Positions 19,872-30,193 are shown, numbered from the stretch's first letter. The stretch: 64,000 bases of DNA from Planctomycetota bacterium (GCA_965223265.1 OZ244999.1:7744001-7808000), one strand, 5' to 3'. Numbers and translations are program-made. The notes: generated by a model from the sequence alone, not told the origin.

Positions 19872-22417
19872 ACGTCGAGGAACTCTACGAGGACTTCGTC
19901 ACGCGATACTTCGAAGGTGGCGAACGCGAGATTCCAGAGGCGTGGCCCGTAGAGCTGCGCAAGCGCTGCCTCTTTTTTCTCCGCATGGTTGAAGCGGAAG
20001 GATCACCGGGCGAGGGAGTTCAGAGTATTCTAAGCCAACTAGAACGACTCGGCGCCTCGGCCAGCGACATGCGCACGTCATCGGTTTCTCTCGAGCCGCA
20101 CGCAAGCGATTTCGACCTTAGCACCAACGGCGAGCGCTACCGCGTTGAGCAAGAAGTTGCGCGTGGTGGCATGGGAAGAATCCTCTTGGCGTATGATCGC
20201 GATTTCCGTCGTCGCATCGCAATGAAGGTGATGATCGGATCGGTAGACGAAGTCGTCCGCAGTTCTCGATTCATCCAGGAGGCGCAAACAACTGCGCAGC
20301 TGGAGCACCCGAACATCGGTCCGGTCTACGATATCGGAATCGACGCCGACTCGAACCCGTTCTTCACCATGAAGTGGATCCGCGGCCGCAATCTCGCGCA
20401 AGTGATCCGCGAGCAACGCGAAAACTTCTCGCTCATCCGCTTCGTCCAAACCCTCCAGCAGGCCGCGATGGGCGTTCACTTTGCCAACAGCAAGGGCGTC
20501 ATCCACCGTGACCTTAAGCCGCAGAACATTATGGTCGGAGACTTCGGCGAAGTGCTCGTCGTCGACTGGGGTCTCGCGAAAATCCTCGGCGCCAACGGCT
20601 CCGAAGAGCTGATCGGGACTGAGCTCGTGCCCGAGGAGTCGATCTCGACGACGCGCGTCGATCACGATCAAAAAACCCTCGAAGGATCGGTTCACGGCAG
20701 CATCCCTTACATGGCACCGGAACAAGCGCGAGGTGAAGTGAGTGAAATCGACCACAGAACCGACGTGTTTGGGCTCGGTGCGATCCTCTATGAAGTCCTC
20801 ACTGGCGCACCGCTTTACGTAGAAGACAGCCTGAAGGTGGCCCTGGCGCGCGCGCGCCGTACGGAGATCGTGCCGCCGCTTGAGAAATCCCCTGAGCGTT
20901 CAATCCCGCGCCTGCTGGCAGAAATCTGCTCGCGAGCGTTGGCAGCAGACAAAAGCCAGCGTTACCAGTCTGCCAAGGAGTTTCATGACGCCCTACAGGA
21001 ATACATCGAGGGAATCCACCACGCGGAGCGACAGACGGCAGAAGCGAACCGACTCGTCTGGGTGGCGGAAAAACTCCGCTCTCAGCTTTTCGAGGCGGAA
21101 AGAAAGTTGGCTCAGCTACGCCAAGAGGAAAGCGAGCTGAGAGAGCGCGTCAACAGCTACGACCCCGAGGAAAGGAAAAAACCGCTTTGGGAACTCACCG
21201 AAAAATGCGATCAAGCAGAAGAAACCGTCGACAGTGAGTTCACGAACACCACGGCGGCCTATCACGCGGTGTTGAGCATCTCGCCGCAACACCCAGAGGC
21301 ACGTCGTGCCCTCGCCGACATTTTCTATCGTCGCCTCCTCGCATCTGAGGAGCGCGGTGAGACCGAGGCAATGAGCCTGTATCGTAACCTCGTCGAGCAG
21401 TACGATGACGGCCACTATCACGCAGAACTGAGCGGCGAAGGTGTGCTCCGGGTCGAGACGGACCCGGCAGGTGCGACCGTGCTCCTGTGTCGTTTCGAGA
21501 AGAGAGGCTTGCTGCTCGCCGAAGGCAAATGGGAAACCGCGGGTACAACACCACTCGAATGCAGCCTACCTCAGGGCTCGTACTTGATCCTACTATGGAA
21601 GGAAGGATTCGACGAGGCCCGCTATCCGTTCGTCATCGATCGCAGCGGGCCACATAAGGCACGCGTCCGTCTCGCCAAAGCGGGCGCGATCCCCGAAGGA
21701 TTCGTTCAGATCCCGGGCGGACCGACCATCGTTGGGTCGGATCAGACAGACTTCAACGCCCTGCCGCGGCGCTCGATCGAGGTGGGAGATTTTTTTGCGG
21801 CGCAGTACCCCGTAACGTTTGGGGACTACTGCTCGTTTCTTAACGAGCAGTTTGGCACCGACGCCGACGTTCCAACCGAACTCGGCTCCTTTTTCGGGAA
21901 AGAACGCTACATCGTGCGAGATGAGCACGGCAAGTTGGTTCCGCAGGAGAAACTCGATCCACGCATGGCTGTCGCTGCCGTGAGCGCCGAAGGCGCCGGA
22001 GCTTATTGTGAGTGGTTAGGCAACAAGCTGCGTAAACCGATCCGTCTCCTGACCGAAGAAGAGTGGGAGCGCTGCGCGCGTGGTGCGGACGGACGGCTCT
22101 ACCCGTGGGGCAATGGATTCGACTGGGCACTTTGCAAAGGCGCTCCGTCACGCCAAGGCCGACCGTTCCCCGACCCCGTGGGCACGTTCGAAAGAGATGT
22201 CTCGGTGTTTGGCGTGCGTGACCTCGCTGGAACGATCCGCGAGCTCTGCGCTGGCACCGTCAGTGAAGGCTACGGTCCGTGCCGAGGCGGCTCGTGGTTC
22301 CTCCACTTTCCGTTCGTCTTCCGCAATGACTTCCGCACGCTGCAGCGCAGCACCGACCGATTCACCGATTGCGGCTTCCGGGTTGGCTACTCCGATGAGA
22401 GTGGAAACGAACGATAG
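19868..22417 (+). CDS. Soluble Hanks-type Ser/Thr kinase - coiled coil - PEGA - FGE-sulfatase (SUMF1-like) protein
   Basis: ARGGMG, IAMK, HRDLKPQN, DWG, YMAPEQ; VETDPAGATV (PEGA); RLLTEEEWERCARG..YPWG..RGGSW..GFR (FGE); no TM helix seen. Confidence 0.92.
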   Translation: MNVEELYEDFVTRYFEGGEREIPEAWPVELRKRCLFFLRMVEAEGSPGEGVQSILSQLERLGASASDMRTSSVSLEPHASDFDLSTNGERYRVEQEVARGGMGRILLAYDRDFRRRIAMKVMIGSVDEVVRSSRFIQEAQTTAQLEHPNIGPVYDIGIDADSNPFFTMKWIRGRNLAQVIREQRENFSLIRFVQTLQQAAMGVHFANSKGVIHRDLKPQNIMVGDFGEVLVVDWGLAKILGANGSEELIGTELVPEESISTTRVDHDQKTLEGSVHGSIPYMAPEQARGEVSEIDHRTDVFGLGAILYEVLTGAPLYVEDSLKVALARARRTEIVPPLEKSPERSIPRLLAEICSRALAADKSQRYQSAKEFHDALQEYIEGIHHAERQTAEANRLVWVAEKLRSQLFEAERKLAQLRQEESELRERVNSYDPEERKKPLWELTEKCDQAEETVDSEFTNTTAAYHAVLSISPQHPEARRALADIFYRRLLASEERGETEAMSLYRNLVEQYDDGHYHAELSGEGVLRVETDPAGATVLLCRFEKRGLLLAEGKWETAGTTPLECSLPQGSYLILLWKEGFDEARYPFVIDRSGPHKARVRLAKAGAIPEGFVQIPGGPTIVGSDQTDFNALPRRSIEVGDFFAAQYPVTFGDYCSFLNEQFGTDADVPTELGSFFGKERYIVRDEHGKLVPQEKLDPRMAVAAVSAEGAGAYCEWLGNKLRKPIRLLTEEEWERCARGADGRLYPWGNGFDWALCKGAPSRQGRPFPDPVGTFERDVSVFGVRDLAGTIRELCAGTVSEGYGPCRGGSWFLHFPFVFRNDFRTLQRSTDRFTDCGFRVGYSDESGNER

Positions 22418-22680
22418 ACTCTCATGCACTTCGTCGCCTCCGAAGTCGGTTGGCGACCACCTTGAGATTCGCGTTTTCGTGCCTTTTCGACGAGCCTCCC
22501 GCCTGGGTTCAGCCTTAAAATGGCGAAGCAGGGTCGACAAGGGGGGAATAGATCGCCCGCGTTCAATTCGGGTGAGGGGTCCGCAGGTTTTTTTAGAAAA
22601 CGTCGATTTCGTCGGGCAGGGCAGACGAAAAACAACGTTTCATCCGACGACGGGCTCTGCGGACGTACAGCGCACGAACA

Positions 22681-22709
22681 GAACCTTTTTTCGCCCGTGG
22701 CATGTCCAA
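22681..22709 (+). promoter_or_regulatory. Putative ECF-type promoter of the dockerin scaffold gene
   Basis: GAACCT, 17 nt spacer, GTCCAA, about 30 nt before ATG 22740; resembles the GAAC...GTC ECF consensus. Confidence 0.45.
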
Positions 22710-22739
22710 CCGACGCCACACAAGGAGATCGAAGGACGC

Positions 22740-24962
22740 ATGATCTCACTCAGCCAAACAGTCGACCGAGGCTTCCGAGTCTACCTCGGCGAACGAAGTG
22801 CGCAGCGGCCAAGGGCGGCTGCCGTCCTCCTTCTCAGTATTTTCATCTGCACTCAAGTTTCAGGCGCTGAAGGCGGCGGCGGCGTCCCAGAGCGTGAGTT
22901 CCTACGGGGCGACGTCAACGTGGACGGACGCGTCACCCACAGCGACGCTCTCCTCCTGTTTTCTTCGCTCTTTTCGAACGGTGTTCGAACTTGCGATGAT
23001 GCTGCTGACGTGAACGACGACGGTATCGTCAACATCACCGACGGCACAAATCTTGTACGCTTCGCCTTCATCGCTGACGACGCAACACCTCCGTCGCCGC
23101 CGTTTCCTGACCCCGGCACAGATCCCACCGCGGACGCACTCGACTGCGCCGAACCGCAGGTGGTTCCGCCTGAGGTCGTAGAAGGATTCTCACTGCGTTG
23201 GGATGCCCCGAGCACGATCCGCTCCGGTGCTCGACAGGTCGAAGCGTTCTTGAACGCGTCGACAGCCGAACCGATTGCATGCCTCACTGCCGCGTTTCGC
23301 ATCGACCGTCGATTGGCCTCGCTCTGTGAGATTGACACGGAAGGAACCATTCTCCCTGAAGAACTCCGAACGGGGTTCGAACTCACTCGCCTGCGTGTCG
23401 TTGTCTCGGACGCGTTCGATCCGCGCTTCTCGCTCGTTCGCGTCCTCGCGCTCTACGACAACGGGACAGAAGATCCCATCGCTTTCCCGGCAACCGAGCG
23501 CGCGCTGGTCGATGAACCTCTTCTCCGCGTAGTCTTTGATGTCCGGGAAGACGCAGCCATTGGAGCCGACCGCAGCATCATTTTGCCCGCTCTGCCCGAG
23601 GACCTTCCAGCTGAAGAGCCAGGCGGACTCAACGAGTTCTGTACGGGCTTCGACGCCGTTCTGCCGGAGAGCGTTGGCACGCTCCAAGCAGCGATCGTCG
23701 AGCCACCAAGGTTCATTCGCGGCGACGTCAACCTCAACGGTCAGGTCACTGGCGTCGATGCCCGATTGATGCTCGATGTTCTCTTTTTGATCAGCGGCTC
23801 GTTTCGCTGCGACGACGCCGCCGACGTCAACGACGACGGTATCGTTAACATCACCGATCCCGTCTCACTCCTGTCGTTCATCTTTCTTTCCAGCGTGCCA
23901 CCCCAGGCGCCTTTCCCTTTTCCCGGTCCTGATCCCACCGACGATGACCCGCTCGACTGCGCCGATTCGAACATCGTTCCGCCGGTCCTCGATTTCGACT
24001 ATGAGATCGCGTGGGAAACCGATCCGGAAGTTCTCCAGAGCCAGAAGAATGTCGACATCTACCTGCTCGCCACCACCGAGGCGGCCATAGAGTGCTTCTC
24101 GATTGCGTACCGCTTTCGAGCCGACATCGTTGAGAATATCCGCGTCGACTTTGAGGACACGGTGATGCCGCCCGAAGTGCGAGCAAGCTTTGAGTCATCA
24201 GACTTTTTCACAGTTGAGCTAAGCCCCGAAGGCGACCTCCTGCAAGTGGGAGCACTCTTTGTGGACAATAGCCTCGTGCAGCTCGAGTTCGCCGCCACCC
24301 AGCGACCTCTGGCTCGCGAACGCCTGCTGCACATTCGCATTGACATAGCAGACGACGCACCGCCGGGAGACAATGTCGTGCTCTTTTCAGCTGTGGAGCC
24401 AGGCGACCTCCCGAAAGACAATAAGTTCTTCAACGAATTCTGTCGCAACGGTGCTAACGCCGGCGGCGGCGGTGCGTTCGCTGCGATCGAGCTCGGCGCC
24501 GGCGATACCGAAAGAGGGGACGGGGGCGGAGGAATCGAGGACGAAGCGCAGAGCGTTCAACCGAAAACCGACAACGTCGAAATCAACATCATTGGTGGAG
24601 GGGAGTTCCTTCGCGGCGATGCGAACGGAGACAGCGCGCTTGACATCAGCGACGTTCTTTTCATCGCCAACGCACTCTTTTCGCAGGGTGCCGAGCAGCC
24701 CGTGTGCCTCGATGCCGCAGATGCGAACGGTGATCGCGTTTTGGATATCAGCGATCCGCAGTACCTAGCCAACTGGATGTTTCTCGGACTGACCATGCCC
24801 GAGCGCTACTCGCCACCGCCTCCTCCGTTCAACGTTGAGGGGATCTGCGAGCTCGACGTTGTGTTTCTCGGTTGTGAGACACCACTGACAAGTTGCTGCC
24901 GCTGCCCACAGGACGCTCTGGAACCCGCGTGTCAGGCGGTATGCGCCGGAGGATCCAACTGA
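22740..24962 (+). CDS. Secreted protein with three dockerin-like modules alternating with two cohesin-like beta-sandwich domains
   Basis: Three F[LI]RGD.N...CxDAAD.N.D...D modules; 272-aa internal duplication (DNA near-identity 23007-23041 vs 23823-23857); Cys-rich tail. Confidence 0.85.
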   Translation: MISLSQTVDRGFRVYLGERSAQRPRAAAVLLLSIFICTQVSGAEGGGGVPEREFLRGDVNVDGRVTHSDALLLFSSLFSNGVRTCDDAADVNDDGIVNITDGTNLVRFAFIADDATPPSPPFPDPGTDPTADALDCAEPQVVPPEVVEGFSLRWDAPSTIRSGARQVEAFLNASTAEPIACLTAAFRIDRRLASLCEIDTEGTILPEELRTGFELTRLRVVVSDAFDPRFSLVRVLALYDNGTEDPIAFPATERALVDEPLLRVVFDVREDAAIGADRSIILPALPEDLPAEEPGGLNEFCTGFDAVLPESVGTLQAAIVEPPRFIRGDVNLNGQVTGVDARLMLDVLFLISGSFRCDDAADVNDDGIVNITDPVSLLSFIFLSSVPPQAPFPFPGPDPTDDDPLDCADSNIVPPVLDFDYEIAWETDPEVLQSQKNVDIYLLATTEAAIECFSIAYRFRADIVENIRVDFEDTVMPPEVRASFESSDFFTVELSPEGDLLQVGALFVDNSLVQLEFAATQRPLARERLLHIRIDIADDAPPGDNVVLFSAVEPGDLPKDNKFFNEFCRNGANAGGGGAFAAIELGAGDTERGDGGGGIEDEAQSVQPKTDNVEINIIGGGEFLRGDANGDSALDISDVLFIANALFSQGAEQPVCLDAADANGDRVLDISDPQYLANWMFLGLTMPERYSPPPPPFNVEGICELDVVFLGCETPLTSCCRCPQDALEPACQAVCAGGSN

Positions 24963-24993
24963 ACCTCGCCTCCGCCGCGTCATCCTTTCAGCC

Positions 24994-26277
24994 ATGATGA
25001 ACGAAGATTCTCTGGCTGCCGTTGATCGAACGCTCTCGGGAGGAGCGTTCGTGCAGCCACGGTACGAGTCGTACTGTTTCGCCCGCATCCCGGGCACCAT
25101 CGAACGTCTGCTGACGGGAACTTCAGCACAGCCAGCACTACCAGAAGCCGCTTTCACGTCGCTGGCGCCGCAGTATGACCAAGTCATCGTTTTCCTCGTC
25201 GACGCGTTTGGTTGGCGCTTCTACGACGCCTTCGCACCTGGCATTCCGTTCCTGCAGAGAATCAGCGCCTCCGGGGTCGTCAGCAAATTGACGTCTATGT
25301 TCCCGTCGACAACAGCGGCACACGTCACGTGTATGCACAGCGGACTGCCGGTGGCACGGTCTGGAATCTACGAGTGGTACATGTATGAGCCGCTTGTCGA
25401 CCGCATCATTAGTCCACTGCGATTCTGCTTCAGCGGCGATTCCGGTCGCGACACTCTACTGCATGCGGGGGTCTCGCCTCAGGATCTCCTTCCTCCCTGT
25501 TCATTCTATTCGTCGCTTCGCAATCACGGCGTTCACTCGTTCGTTTATCAGGACGTTTCATACGCCCGCAGTGCGTACAGTCGATTCGCTACGACTGGAG
25601 CCGAAAGTGTTCCTTGCATAGGCCTCCGCCATGGTCTCGAACAACTTCATGCGAACGCCACTTCTGGACCAAAGCCGGCATACCACTTCTTCTACGTCGA
25701 CCGGTTCGATTCCTACTGCCACGAGCATGGTCCCCTCGGCCAAAACCTCAAGGACGTCGCCGACGCCATCTTCGCCGCGGTCGATGAATACTTCGCGCTG
25801 CCGGCGCAGGGCAAGCTGCCGAGCACGCTCCTCATCGTCACGGCCGACCACGGCCAGGTAGAGGTCGATCCCCTCACGTGCCTCTACCTTGACGAGGAGT
25901 GGCCGAACATCGGCGCTTACTTGGAGTCAGACAGACATGGAAACGTCATCGCACCGGCCGGCTCAGCCCGCGATTTCTTTCTCCACGTGAGGGCGGACTG
26001 CATCGACCGTATCGCGACAGAGCTGCGGGATCGTCTCGATGGACGAGCGGCGGTCCAAAGAACTGCGGATCTCGTCGCGGCGGGTGTCTTCGGTCCAGAT
26101 CCGCTCGACGATCGGCTCATTTCGCGCGTTGGGAATCTGGTTGTGCTGCCATTCGCCGGGGAGAGCGTGTTTTGGGCAGGCGACGGCGGCGCCTTCAAGC
26201 ACAGTTTCCGCGGTCATCATGGTGGGTTGACGCGGCAGGAAATGGAAACCGTGTTCATCGCTTGCGAACTGAACTGA
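24994..26277 (+). CDS. Alkaline phosphatase superfamily (nucleotide pyrophosphatase/phosphodiesterase)
   Basis: LVDAFG, SMFPSTTAA, DSYCHEHG, TADHG, GHHGG. Confidence 0.88.
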   Translation: MMNEDSLAAVDRTLSGGAFVQPRYESYCFARIPGTIERLLTGTSAQPALPEAAFTSLAPQYDQVIVFLVDAFGWRFYDAFAPGIPFLQRISASGVVSKLTSMFPSTTAAHVTCMHSGLPVARSGIYEWYMYEPLVDRIISPLRFCFSGDSGRDTLLHAGVSPQDLLPPCSFYSSLRNHGVHSFVYQDVSYARSAYSRFATTGAESVPCIGLRHGLEQLHANATSGPKPAYHFFYVDRFDSYCHEHGPLGQNLKDVADAIFAAVDEYFALPAQGKLPSTLLIVTADHGQVEVDPLTCLYLDEEWPNIGAYLESDRHGNVIAPAGSARDFFLHVRADCIDRIATELRDRLDGRAAVQRTADLVAAGVFGPDPLDDRLISRVGNLVVLPFAGESVFWAGDGGAFKHSFRGHHGGLTRQEMETVFIACELN

Positions 26278-26355
26278 CACGACCCGGCGAGCTTAGCCGC
26301 CAAAGGGAGCAAACACTGCCGGCAAAAACGTCACTGTCTTGTTCCGGCGTTTGGA

Positions 26356-27912
26356 TCAGAGTAGCGGTGACAACAGACGGCAAATCCCGTCGACTAGTAA
26401 GGAAACCCGGCCGATCTTGAGATTCTCGAGCGTGACTGCGTGGCCTTCCTGCGCGCGCTCCTCGATCATACGCTCACATGCCGCGCAAATCTCCCGATCC
26501 CCGAGCGACACGATACCCACTTCAAAGTTGTAGACGAAACTGCGCTGGTCAAAGTTTGCACTACCCAGATACAGCGTCTTACCGTCCACGATCACGAGCT
26601 TGGTATGATTGTAGTGCGGACCTGACTCGACGATTTGGATGCCGGCTTCAAGAAGCCGCTGATAGTAAGAGCGACCTGCACGATACACGATCGCATTCTC
26701 GGTCTGGGGACTGTTGAGGAAGAGCTTCACCCTAGCGCCACGCGCTGCCGCAGCAATCAGAGCCGTCGTCATCACCAGATCGGGAATGAAGTAGGGCGAG
26801 CTGATCAGAACGCTGTGCTCGGCGTGCGCGATCATCTCGAACAGTACCAGCCGTAGGCGGCGCTGCTCGCGGTCCGGGCCGTTCTCGATGCCGACGACCC
26901 ACGAATCGCCGACACTTTCTGTTGGCCCGAGGTAGGCGCTCACCGCGAGGTCCTCGCTTGCTGCCGTGTACCAGTCCTCCACGAAGACCCGGTGGAGCTG
27001 CTGAGTCACCGGGCCGCGCACTCTCACCATGACGTCGAACCAGTTCCCTTCGCCGTCGAGCTGCACATCGGTGGCGTACTCGACGCCGATATTGCGGCCG
27101 CCGGTGAAACTCGTGTGTCCGTCGACGACGACGAGCTTACGATGATTGCGCAAGTTGAGCGTCAACGGACGCTTGTGCCAGAAAAACGGCAGATACGCGT
27201 GGGCTTTGCCACCGGCACGCCGCAAACCCTTGAGCGCCTTGTCGCTGAGCCACCAGCTGCCCAAACTGTCGTAGAGGAGGCGCACCTCGACGCCTCGCTC
27301 TGCGGTCGCGGTCAACAAATCCAAGACGCGCTTGCCTGCGGCATCGGGCCGGAAGATGTACGTCTGGATATGAACGAACTCCTTCGCCTCCTCGACCGCG
27401 GCCTCGAGCGAGGCGAAAAAACTCTCGCCCGATGTCAGCAGCTCCAACTGGTTGCCCGCCACTGGACCGTCGTAGTCGAGGTGCTGAAAAAAGCGTTTGG
27501 AAAGGAAACGGCTGGTGCTTTCAGTTTCGCCGCCGCTCGGCGCGAGCTCGACAAGGCTGTCCTCGATGCCCGCCAGACGTGTGCGCCGAGTCCTCAGACG
27601 CCGTAGGCGCAAACGATGCGGCAGCAGGTAGTAAAACACTAGCCCCAGATAAGGAACGAGAAGAACGAAGAGCAGCCAGCTCAACGTTGTCGCCGGTGTG
27701 CGATTGGCGGTGAGCAGCTGGAACAGGACGAACCCGATCGCGATGACGTAGCCGGCAAAGAGAATCAGCCACGCGCCCTCCCAGCTCAGGAGGTCGCCGA
27801 ACGAGAAGGCCAAGACATCACTGGTCCGTAGAATCGCCGAGAGTTCGAGGGCCTTGCCCGTCAAGGTCGTCACCTCCAGCCGACTGAGACACACCGTGTA
27901 TGCAACCAGCAT
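26356..27912 (-). CDS. cls: Cardiolipin synthase
   Basis: Two N-terminal TM helices (PLDc_N) and two HKD motifs, NHRKLVVVDG and NHTKLVIVDG; start approximate. Confidence 0.88.
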   Translation of the reverse strand: MLVAYTVCLSRLEVTTLTGKALELSAILRTSDVLAFSFGDLLSWEGAWLILFAGYVIAIGFVLFQLLTANRTPATTLSWLLFVLLVPYLGLVFYYLLPHRLRLRRLRTRRTRLAGIEDSLVELAPSGGETESTSRFLSKRFFQHLDYDGPVAGNQLELLTSGESFFASLEAAVEEAKEFVHIQTYIFRPDAAGKRVLDLLTATAERGVEVRLLYDSLGSWWLSDKALKGLRRAGGKAHAYLPFFWHKRPLTLNLRNHRKLVVVDGHTSFTGGRNIGVEYATDVQLDGEGNWFDVMVRVRGPVTQQLHRVFVEDWYTAASEDLAVSAYLGPTESVGDSWVVGIENGPDREQRRLRLVLFEMIAHAEHSVLISSPYFIPDLVMTTALIAAAARGARVKLFLNSPQTENAIVYRAGRSYYQRLLEAGIQIVESGPHYNHTKLVIVDGKTLYLGSANFDQRSFVYNFEVGIVSLGDREICAACERMIEERAQEGHAVTLENLKIGRVSLLVDGICRLLSPLL

Positions 27913-27975
27913 GCCGACCTTTCCCCGCCTTCCACCCAGCCGCTTTCATCAGCGACCGGCTCAGGCCACGCCGAT

Positions 27976-28004
27976 TTGCCGGTTTGGCTCCAGTAATCTA
28001 TACT
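27976..28004 (+). promoter_or_regulatory. sigma70 promoter of small protein gene
   Basis: TTGCCG, 17 nt spacer, TATACT. Confidence 0.65.
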
Positions 28005-28045
28005 TTTTCGGTCGCCAACCCGAAAACAGGGGAGAGAAAAGAACG

Positions 28046-28291
28046 ATGTCCCAGCAAGACTTCGGCATTGGGCGTGTGTTTGGGATCGGAATCCTGGCCG
28101 TGGCGACGGTCATCGTGGGCGTCCTCGTCGTCGGGTCGATGCGACGCGGGGTCGACGCGAAGCAGGAGGTCGAGCGCGCCCGAAGCGACGTGAAAGCAGC
28201 CCTCAAAGTGCATCAGGAGACGGTCGAGAGCCTGCGACAAACTCAAGCGGAGGCCCTAGGCCTGCCTGGCCAGCTGCAACAGACCAGATAA
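28046..28291 (+). CDS. Small single-TM protein with short coiled coil (81 aa)
   Basis: GGGGAGAG RBS; TM VFGIGILAVATVIVGVLVVGSM; own promoter and terminator. Confidence 0.7.
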   Translation: MSQQDFGIGRVFGIGILAVATVIVGVLVVGSMRRGVDAKQEVERARSDVKAALKVHQETVESLRQTQAEALGLPGQLQQTR

Positions 28292-28365
28292 CTTATTATA
28301 AACAAATTACTTAGGAAAACCTCCCTTTTTTTATCCGAGGGCCCTTGTGTGGAGGGCAGCTATTG

Positions 28366-28401
28366 AACGCCCGGTTTTCTGAAAGAGCCGGGCGTTTTTT
28401 T
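28366..28401 (+). terminator. Rho-independent terminator
   Basis: AACGCCCGGTTT/GAGCCGGGCGTT stem (G-U pairs on + strand) followed by T7. Confidence 0.8.
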
Positions 28402-28474
28402 CGTGCGCCACCAGGGCTTTTTGGCCTGGGCGGACAACGTCCGCTGACCGGCAGCCCCCCTTCAAAGGGAGCCG

Positions 28475-29935
28475 TCAGGTGCCGTGGGCTCCTTGGAGAA
28501 GCGCCCGCAACTCCGCGAGGTCCTCCGCCAGTCCGACGCAGCGGTTCGGGTGAGCGGAGCCACGATTGCCGCCAAGCAGCTCCCTCTGGCGCCTGGCGCG
28601 TTGACGCACGTCCGTTAGCGCAGGAGCGTGGTAGACGAGCTCACCGCCGCGGAACACCGGCACGAGTAGGTCGGCGGCCTCTACCCCCTCGGCCGGCACT
28701 TCCCAGGCGTCGCCGCCGGCGAGCGGGACCAATCGACGGAGACGTGGTGCCGGGCTCGTCTCGTTGTAGATACAGTCCGCCACGAGCCGGCCGTCGCGGT
28801 GGTAACGGCGAACTTGCTGGACGCCCGGAATCGAAGCCTTGGCCGTGTCGTCTGAAGACTTGACCACATACCGCCACCCCTCTTCATCGCGTTCATCGCG
28901 ACCGAGTGCCCCAAGCTTGTAGACGCCGCCGAGCGCCGGCTGGTCGTGGCCCGTCACGAGCCTGGTACCCACGCCCCAAACGCCGACGCAAGCGCCTCGT
29001 TTCTTGAGCTCTTCGATGGCGTATTCGTCGAGATCGTTACTGGCGACGATCGCCGCCTCCGTAAACCCGGCATCGTCGAGAATCTTGCGCGCTGCAATGC
29101 TGAGCGCCGCGAGATCCCCCGAATCGAGCCGCACGCCCACCATCTCTTGGCCGCGACGACGCAGCCACTTCCCAGCTTCGATAGCGTGCTCCAGTCCGGT
29201 GAGCGTATCGTAGGTGTCGACGAGAAAAACGCAGTTGTTCGGCATCACTTCGGCGTACGCCTTGAACGCCTCGAGCTCGCTTTCAAAGCACATCACCCAG
29301 CTATGCGCGTGTGTTCCGCGCACCGGAATGCCATAGAGTCGACCGGCGAGAACGTTAGAGGTCGCGCTACAACCACCGATATATGCGGCGCGGCTCGCCG
29401 TGAGCGCTCCGTCGATACCCTGGGCGCGACGCAAACCGAACTCAAGGACTGCATCATCGCCAGCGGCCTGACAGATGCGCGAGCTCTTCGTCGCAACCAA
29501 CGTCGAAAAGTTGACGAGATTGAGGAGAGCGGATTCGATGATCTGGGCCTGCAGGATCGGACCACGCACGCGTACCAAGGGCTCGTGCGCGAACACCGCA
29601 GTGCCCTCGGGGACTGCGTCGACGTCACAGGAAAACTGGAAGCGCCGGAGAAATCGAAGAAACTCCGGCTCGAACAACGGTTCGCCGTCGCGCCCCGGAA
29701 TCGAGGAGAGATACCTCACCGCATCGTCGTCGAATGAAAATGCAGTGAGAAAATCGATGGCTGCAGCTAGGCCAGCTGCGATCGCGAAGCTGCCACCGAA
29801 AGGGTTGGACCGAAAAAAAAGGTGGAACACCGCCTCGCGGTCTTGCTCGCCGCGCTTCCAGTACCCTGCCGCCATGGTCAACTGATAGAGATCGGTCAGC
29901 AGAGCCAAGGAGTAGCCGGGACAGGCACGGTGCAT
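28475..29935 (-). CDS. pncB: Nicotinate phosphoribosyltransferase
   Basis: [39 protein letters not shown]. Confidence 0.93.
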   Translation of the reverse strand: MHRACPGYSLALLTDLYQLTMAAGYWKRGEQDREAVFHLFFRSNPFGGSFAIAAGLAAAIDFLTAFSFDDDAVRYLSSIPGRDGEPLFEPEFLRFLRRFQFSCDVDAVPEGTAVFAHEPLVRVRGPILQAQIIESALLNLVNFSTLVATKSSRICQAAGDDAVLEFGLRRAQGIDGALTASRAAYIGGCSATSNVLAGRLYGIPVRGTHAHSWVMCFESELEAFKAYAEVMPNNCVFLVDTYDTLTGLEHAIEAGKWLRRRGQEMVGVRLDSGDLAALSIAARKILDDAGFTEAAIVASNDLDEYAIEELKKRGACVGVWGVGTRLVTGHDQPALGGVYKLGALGRDERDEEGWRYVVKSSDDTAKASIPGVQQVRRYHRDGRLVADCIYNETSPAPRLRRLVPLAGGDAWEVPAEGVEAADLLVPVFRGGELVYHAPALTDVRQRARRQRELLGGNRGSAHPNRCVGLAEDLAELRALLQGAHGT

Positions 29936-30164
29936 ACGATTCGTCCGTTGGGGGGTGGTTTCAAAGTCGCCGGGAATCGACGCCAGGCGGCGCTTTCGTC
30001 CACGAGCCGAAGCGACCATCTTTCGACACGGCGCCGCAGATTGCAACCAAGGCGCTCCGGGTGATGAGGCTGCGGACGCGGCAGCGACCGCCGCCGCCGC
30101 CTACAAGCGGTTCGGCTTCACCACGGACCTGCGGCTGCCTGGCGCAGCATCGCGTGCGTGCGGC

Positions 30165-30193
30165 TTGACAGTCACCGAACGAAGCAAGATCAT
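30165..30193 (+). promoter_or_regulatory. Possible sigma70 promoter
   Basis: TTGACA, 17 nt spacer, GATCAT upstream of 30267. Confidence 0.4.

Noticed and set aside
22270-22400. FGE/C-type lectin C-terminus as a diversity-generating retroelement variable region
   Set aside because: No template repeat or reverse transcriptase seen in the window; a remote DGR cannot be excluded but nothing supports it
22080-22739. N-terminal 220 aa of the 960-aa ORF
   Set aside because: Overlaps the kinase in another frame and the intergenic promoter; real start is 22740 (RBS, signal-like region)
28281-28312. Possible dif/Xer site
   Set aside because: ATAA...TTAT spacing is 4 rather than 6 nt and the XerD arm TTATGTTAAAT is not matched
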